Of a stretch of DNA of 58,627 bases, positions 56,301 to 58,627 are shown piece by piece (positions within the stretch are counted from its first letter, which is position 1; each line of letters opens with the position of its first letter). Under the pieces are notes generated by a model that had not been told where the DNA came from, ran no database searches, and saw only the letters and a program-made list of their open reading frames with translations. The DNA is taken from contig QXYA01000112.1 in assembly GCA_009887135.1 (NCBI GenBank), positions 1-58,627 of the forward strand, in the 5' to 3' direction. The translations under genes were made by a program, and so were the position numbers. The stretch comes from Candidatus Poseidoniales archaeon. GTDB lineage: Archaea; Thermoplasmatota; Poseidoniia; Poseidoniales; Poseidoniaceae.

Positions 56301-58624
56301 TTGCATACGCCTATGTTTGTACCGGACCACATTGCATTCCCATCAAGCACGTAGTCAAAATGCTGAGAAGGGCGTTTTGTCCAATCACTGCGGGGTCCGA
56401 TTGTTGTTTCACTAACTGAGAATCCATCCCAGATGTATCCGGCAATATTGGTTCCAATCCACAAGTCGTTCCCGCTTGCTTCTAAGGAATAAATTGTATT
56501 TGTTTGCATGTTGGTTGTATCGGAATTAAGCGGAGTCAATATTTCCCCAGTCAGGATATTCTTTCGAGCAACCCCGTATCCAGACAGGCCCATGTGAACA
56601 ATATCTCCGACGACTGCGATAGGGGCATAATCAACACCATTGACGCCAGTCGATCCCCAAGAAGCAAGGAATGTATCGTTACTAATTTCGTATCTTAGCA
56701 ATCCTTCTGTCGATGCTACATAACATATGTCTGCATAAATTGCAAGTTGTCCAGTTAAACCAACCCCAGACTTCAGGAGTGTTGCAGAGCCTATGGCTGT
56801 TGCATCAGAATCTATTCTGTAAATTCCATTGGGTTGAACAACGATGATGTTACATCCAATCGAATCTCCACAATCACCTACAGCCGCAATATCGAGAACG
56901 TAATTGTCGGCAGCATCTGGTGAAGATGTAGAGGAACTAGGTGGGACATTTGCTCGGATAGTGCCGTTCTCGATCAGGAAGACTCCATCGTTAAGAGTTC
57001 CAGCAAGTATTGTGTCTCCTGCTAGAGCAAGGGCAGTAATTTTGTCTCCTAAGTCGATCGAGGTTAGCCAGAGCGAGTTTGCGATATCGAATCTATCGAG
57101 TTGCTCCGAAGTATATCCTGCAACGTAGAGAATTCCATCATGCTCGACTGCATCGCTCATTTCAGGTCCAGAGGGGCCACTGGCAATGACAATTTCTCGC
57201 TGCATTGTGCTTTGCATGGTGGCATCGATGAGAACAAGGCGACTACCATCGGTCATAGCATGCATCATCGAGGATGGAGCACGAGCACCACCTGGTGCCC
57301 AGGGCATCATCATGTTGGCGGATGTGTCAGTTAGGTTCATCTGGCTCAAATCGATTGAGGAGCCGAAAACGCCAGTTGAGAGATCGTAACGATGGAGTTG
57401 ATTTCCACTCATGATATGGAGTGTGTCTTGATGTGCTTGTGCACCGGAAACGGTATTCGATGCTAGCCAGTTCGCATCATTCCATGTTGCAAGCCAAAAG
57501 CCTGAGTTCCAGTTGAATCTTGCAAGACCGTTGTCGGGGGAAGAAAAGAGGAGTTGATTTCCTGCAGTCGTAATTTCTGTTATTTCGTTGCTGTGAAGAA
57601 CGTTACCAGAATTCCAAGAGGAAAGTGCTTGGTTGGTGGTTAGATCATATCGGTCTACACCATTATCGGTTGCGATGTAAAGGATATTGTTTTCCTCGTG
57701 TAGGTCATTGACGACACTTGATGTGGAAGCTGAAAGAAGAAGGTTCCAACTGGATGAACTTGAATCGAACGTGTACAAATCGCCGTTGGTATTTGCTGCA
57801 TAAATACCCGAATTGAGAACTTCAAAGGCTTCGATATCTCCTGCAGTGAAAGATGGTAAACCAGCACCTACAGTTCCGTCAGTCGCTGAGATCATCCTAA
57901 ATTCTGAAGGTTCTGTAAACGCCACGTGGAGGTTACCACTTGGTCCTATTGCTATGTCTGATATCGTTCCGAGTGCAGATTCAGCCTCAAGCAGGTCAAA
58001 GTCATAGAAATCAATGATTGCGGGATTGTTTGTGGCATCGAATACCAGAATGGTTTCACCTGTTGCCAGATACAGTTGCCCATCAACAGGATGCTGGGCA
58101 TAGGACGTGATTGGTATTGTTACCGGAGTAAAGGATGTAAGAGGATCAACTGGAGCAAGCGCTTCGAAAGCAAGTTCGGTAATCATTGCACCTGAAGGAA
58201 GCGTCCAACCGGCGCCACTAGCGCTGTTTGGAGAGAGCCGATCGGAATATGGATTGGCCCCATCAAAAGAGTCTGAAGCACCGAGAATACCCAATCCTCT
58301 CCAATCGAAGAGATTGACGCCAATGTCGTTGGCTACGAGGAGGGGTTGATCGATCATCAATCCATCAGATCCATTGACATGGATTTGGAGAGAAGCATTG
58401 GAGATTTCAGCACCAGGTGCGAACTCGAGGATCCAATCTGCAGTTGCTTGACTGCTGAGAATTGGATCTGAACCAATCGTGGCATTGAGTTGAACCCAGC
58501 CCGTATCATTACTGCCCGAAAGAGGCCACGAAATGACATCTTGGGTTTCATGAGCAGATGCCATTGGAACAGCGGCAAGTGCCAGAGACCAAGATGAGAG
58601 TAACATCAATCCAGTCAGAAACAA
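50384..58624 (-). CDS. Giant (at least 2746 aa) surface protein with multiple beta-propeller-like repeat regions, an FN3-like module array, a C-terminal TM and a Trp/Pro-rich cytoplasmic tail
   Basis: The N-terminus is signal-like (LMLLSSWSLALAAVPMASA), from a TTG at 58624. The true start may lie beyond the window edge. A long Gly/Trp/Asn/Thr-rich repeat region follows. Four modules starting D(R/T/H)(P/A)xD(D/E)G...(V/L)xW lie at 51440..52936. The TM is LLAAGLVFVSLILLVAIV, and the tail is 108 aa (50387..50710). Confidence 0.8.
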   Translation of the reverse strand: MFLTGLMLLSSWSLALAAVPMASAHETQDVISWPLSGSNDTGWVQLNATIGSDPILSSQATADWILEFAPGAEISNASLQIHVNGSDGLMIDQPLLVANDIGVNLFDWRGLGILGASDSFDGANPYSDRLSPNSASGAGWTLPSGAMITELAFEALAPVDPLTSFTPVTIPITSYAQHPVDGQLYLATGETILVFDATNNPAIIDFYDFDLLEAESALGTISDIAIGPSGNLHVAFTEPSEFRMISATDGTVGAGLPSFTAGDIEAFEVLNSGIYAANTNGDLYTFDSSSSSWNLLLSASTSSVVNDLHEENNILYIATDNGVDRYDLTTNQALSSWNSGNVLHSNEITEITTAGNQLLFSSPDNGLARFNWNSGFWLATWNDANWLASNTVSGAQAHQDTLHIMSGNQLHRYDLSTGVFGSSIDLSQMNLTDTSANMMMPWAPGGARAPSSMMHAMTDGSRLVLIDATMQSTMQREIVIASGPSGPEMSDAVEHDGILYVAGYTSEQLDRFDIANSLWLTSIDLGDKITALALAGDTILAGTLNDGVFLIENGTIRANVPPSSSTSSPDAADNYVLDIAAVGDCGDSIGCNIIVVQPNGIYRIDSDATAIGSATLLKSGVGLTGQLAIYADICYVASTEGLLRYEISNDTFLASWGSTGVNGVDYAPIAVVGDIVHMGLSGYGVARKNILTGEILTPLNSDTTNMQTNTIYSLEASGNDLWIGTNIAGYIWDGFSVSETTIGPRSDWTKRPSQHFDYVLDGNAMWSGTNIGVCKYDLSGNIADCLNVYDGMPNWATYAVGVNSTTVFGGTFSGVGLIEKSSFSVVGEWDAGSQTDNAVVEIIDDIAYIGLNGVGVARWDIANSQWLTTWTTSNVLDNGNEFVTGMIEDIRPGFIWIGGEDGFQLINTTTGAEAYDIEVSNSLYVGNGDPYDLTLYGYIMYYHQGTSSDSIYGIDVGNFTAITPLDAGQEVSENGGDVVGMTIVGDTLLASVVSGQWWNQEGSGGIAQYDLVSQTWNTSVLPEGSVDRVTAFNSSTGHTWISWGEIGLEVYSPSGTKLGSWDTLSFPVREIIEFDGLILFATEDGVERFNESSFQWETAWTPGNGLPSAMGDWIGELWTDGSTLVVGSASFAGWGGFQRGTIGQLDASGTWTTYTTGQNGIPNGYPISMNECGSYLYVGLFNNNGGVTYIDLANTTAVGSFTTSVLKSGRVAAVACDPSDTLYVGYDDDDLPISKYDTVQSAWIAEITSNGNGIPTDPVWLDAFSYANGKLLIGYDDNGGFAAISTLGPITGQASVQSVGTAVTSIKYSGNEWLIGQAGGASGYSHVDKLSSTGLNTEFELPALVSGNIEAMVSDGSRIWVSTYSVTVNGNNPGAGSGGILQGTFNSSGGIDWNEGWSLSFNNQVNSMLMEGNMIYITTQNGGMYTLDTTSNVLQRKSGAVHNSQDGLALYQSGSVSTLFVGLLGTTSTAAGVQMFDIGTQQFTNGQLLSGLPSDNIQGFAFSNSHVYIATQNGIGRWNLTTNDWDNPLTTSDGLPTSNIEDIRYISNTLYIASPSGLTQYIPTTGAMNTNTTADGLLGNSVWSIETYTTSQAGTWLILGHDGAGTERPGLTVIDTSSNSVAATHRFDQLPSNYITAVASDYAGLHIATDVGPLVHYDGLTGEFEDGLASFELGSGWPIYRMDSDGSHLMVMGASGMAILEAQTSSHSLLKSAIVQNPTNVAVGANGFWLTTSDAGLRGWTPATAFDEMETQSVRYADPLNIGFNSQYMEITDMTHPGLQIDLVTQDNPVTLNSSVGVAGVHGLLFQTVPLVMTSPVSNAAVWAQSSTLRYDAVLELDNTTGVENSLQLAINNGQLINGTRIVPIKLVAPSNGTIEVRLVYDWIRKDTPVEIADIYDRPDDGGEALTVEWSLVHDPDFNRYLVYVNEGPWGSLPTDIDLAGRIIDKTESLHSRLKVDVTTANGVPLVDGVEYYALVVVEYDNGRFGLPSQIAGPVTTSNEVPTPPIWASAQPLDGGVEGDLETEWARCSALDLLETRIYTSTQAMNDILGLSVAYTVMPTEGNLTILNLDAGKPYWLGFTCVDISGQEDIMNATIIGPVVPTGGIDDGQAPAKLENVWAIDTPEDEGGRITVGWDPSDAGDCAFYTVYMITGVVFVTQPTSVAGFSPATVVNSCQENTTIVSELDDLPLVNGLEYYIGVVAYDTWLNAELNDVSIVQATPLDNSDGASMPPSRIENIQAFDHANDDGTAIDVVWSISSADDFSHYIVWAADKPVDDISYVWNAYGDDPATCGCISIDKQWIDEDKNPIELTLNTALYGDASQTNEFSSADTPQLIQPGIELFVTVTVHDLQGNVYVDSLLSASVIPINNLEDTTPPPRLDEIVLGDRPMDDGSALDLEFGLSTASDIYQYEVYAASWSFTSVGVGSDGPNAPIMTLDRLPEFPLILTIIAGDLPVLPGQETWVAVVAVDSSANAHKTDLTVVSSQSVDDGITDPGNYLPTIDGITLAWVAETDILVTWNHTNDFGVEGYQIHISNEDFMDISDATFVGDTLTANSFVITSTVFTELNNKSAWYVSVTTFDDNQVRQSVDPLMINAVENGVVDSDDSNDGTDFQSLLTTPNLLAAGLVFVSLILLVAIVRGRGKKSQKDKQWEIQTATWGLGEDDAWNSPPDAGVPPPPPVETGSLFQAADRIQNQPLDRQEYIPPMPVMNPVRTPIDNDLLSDLDIGTKQNASSPGIDTSFLDDLL

Positions 58625-58627
58625 CGC

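Noticed and set aside
1-58627. Mobile elements, prophage or provirus, CRISPR arrays, integration at the tRNA-Arg gene.
   Set aside because: I recognised no integrase, transposase, Cas or capsid-like proteins, no spaced direct-repeat array, and no duplicated tRNA 3' half near 4472..4548.

Overview
Archaeal chromosomal segment. Hallmark genes are MCM helicase, GatE, a TFB-like factor, two Pth2 paralogs, Trm1 and a PAC2-type proteasome chaperone. Genes are tightly packed, mostly led by Shine-Dalgarno-like sequences, with many 1-4 nt stop/start overlaps and several convergent gene-end overlaps. The strongly acidic proteins and several very large repeat-rich surface proteins suggest a marine planktonic euryarchaeon of the MGII/MGIII (Thermoplasmatota) type; this is inference only, with no marker phylogeny run. 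I call 42 protein genes and one tRNA-Arg(GCG). I saw no rRNA, CRISPR array, transposase or integrase. Housekeeping content: purM, trm1, mcm, gatE, ltaE, pip, psd, a pabB-pabA fusion with pabC, a YchF-like GTPase and a RaSEA-like radical-SAM protein. Observations worth follow-up: (1) an ORB plus inverted mini-ORB pair with A/T-rich DNA directly upstream of mcm, at a divergent strand switch, is a candidate replication origin; (2) a translationally coupled AddB-like/AddA-like helicase-nuclease pair, normally a bacterial machine, in which both subunits carry a 4-Cys plus RecB-nuclease module; (3) a polytopic membrane protein that resembles the heme-copper oxidase/NOR catalytic subunit but lacks the histidine ligands and carries two canonical C-terminal EF-hands; (4) about 18 kb (roughly 30% of the window) encodes secreted or membrane-anchored proteins built from FG-GAP, FN3-like, PKD, RCC1, PQQ-propeller and DUF4430-like modules, three of them with Trp-rich motifs in their predicted cytoplasmic tails; (5) a basic 740-aa orphan protein with an N-terminal zinc knuckle; (6) tandem Pth2 genes and a divergent TFB paralog. 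All family assignments come from motifs read in the translations and from memory of family consensus sequences. No database search was run.
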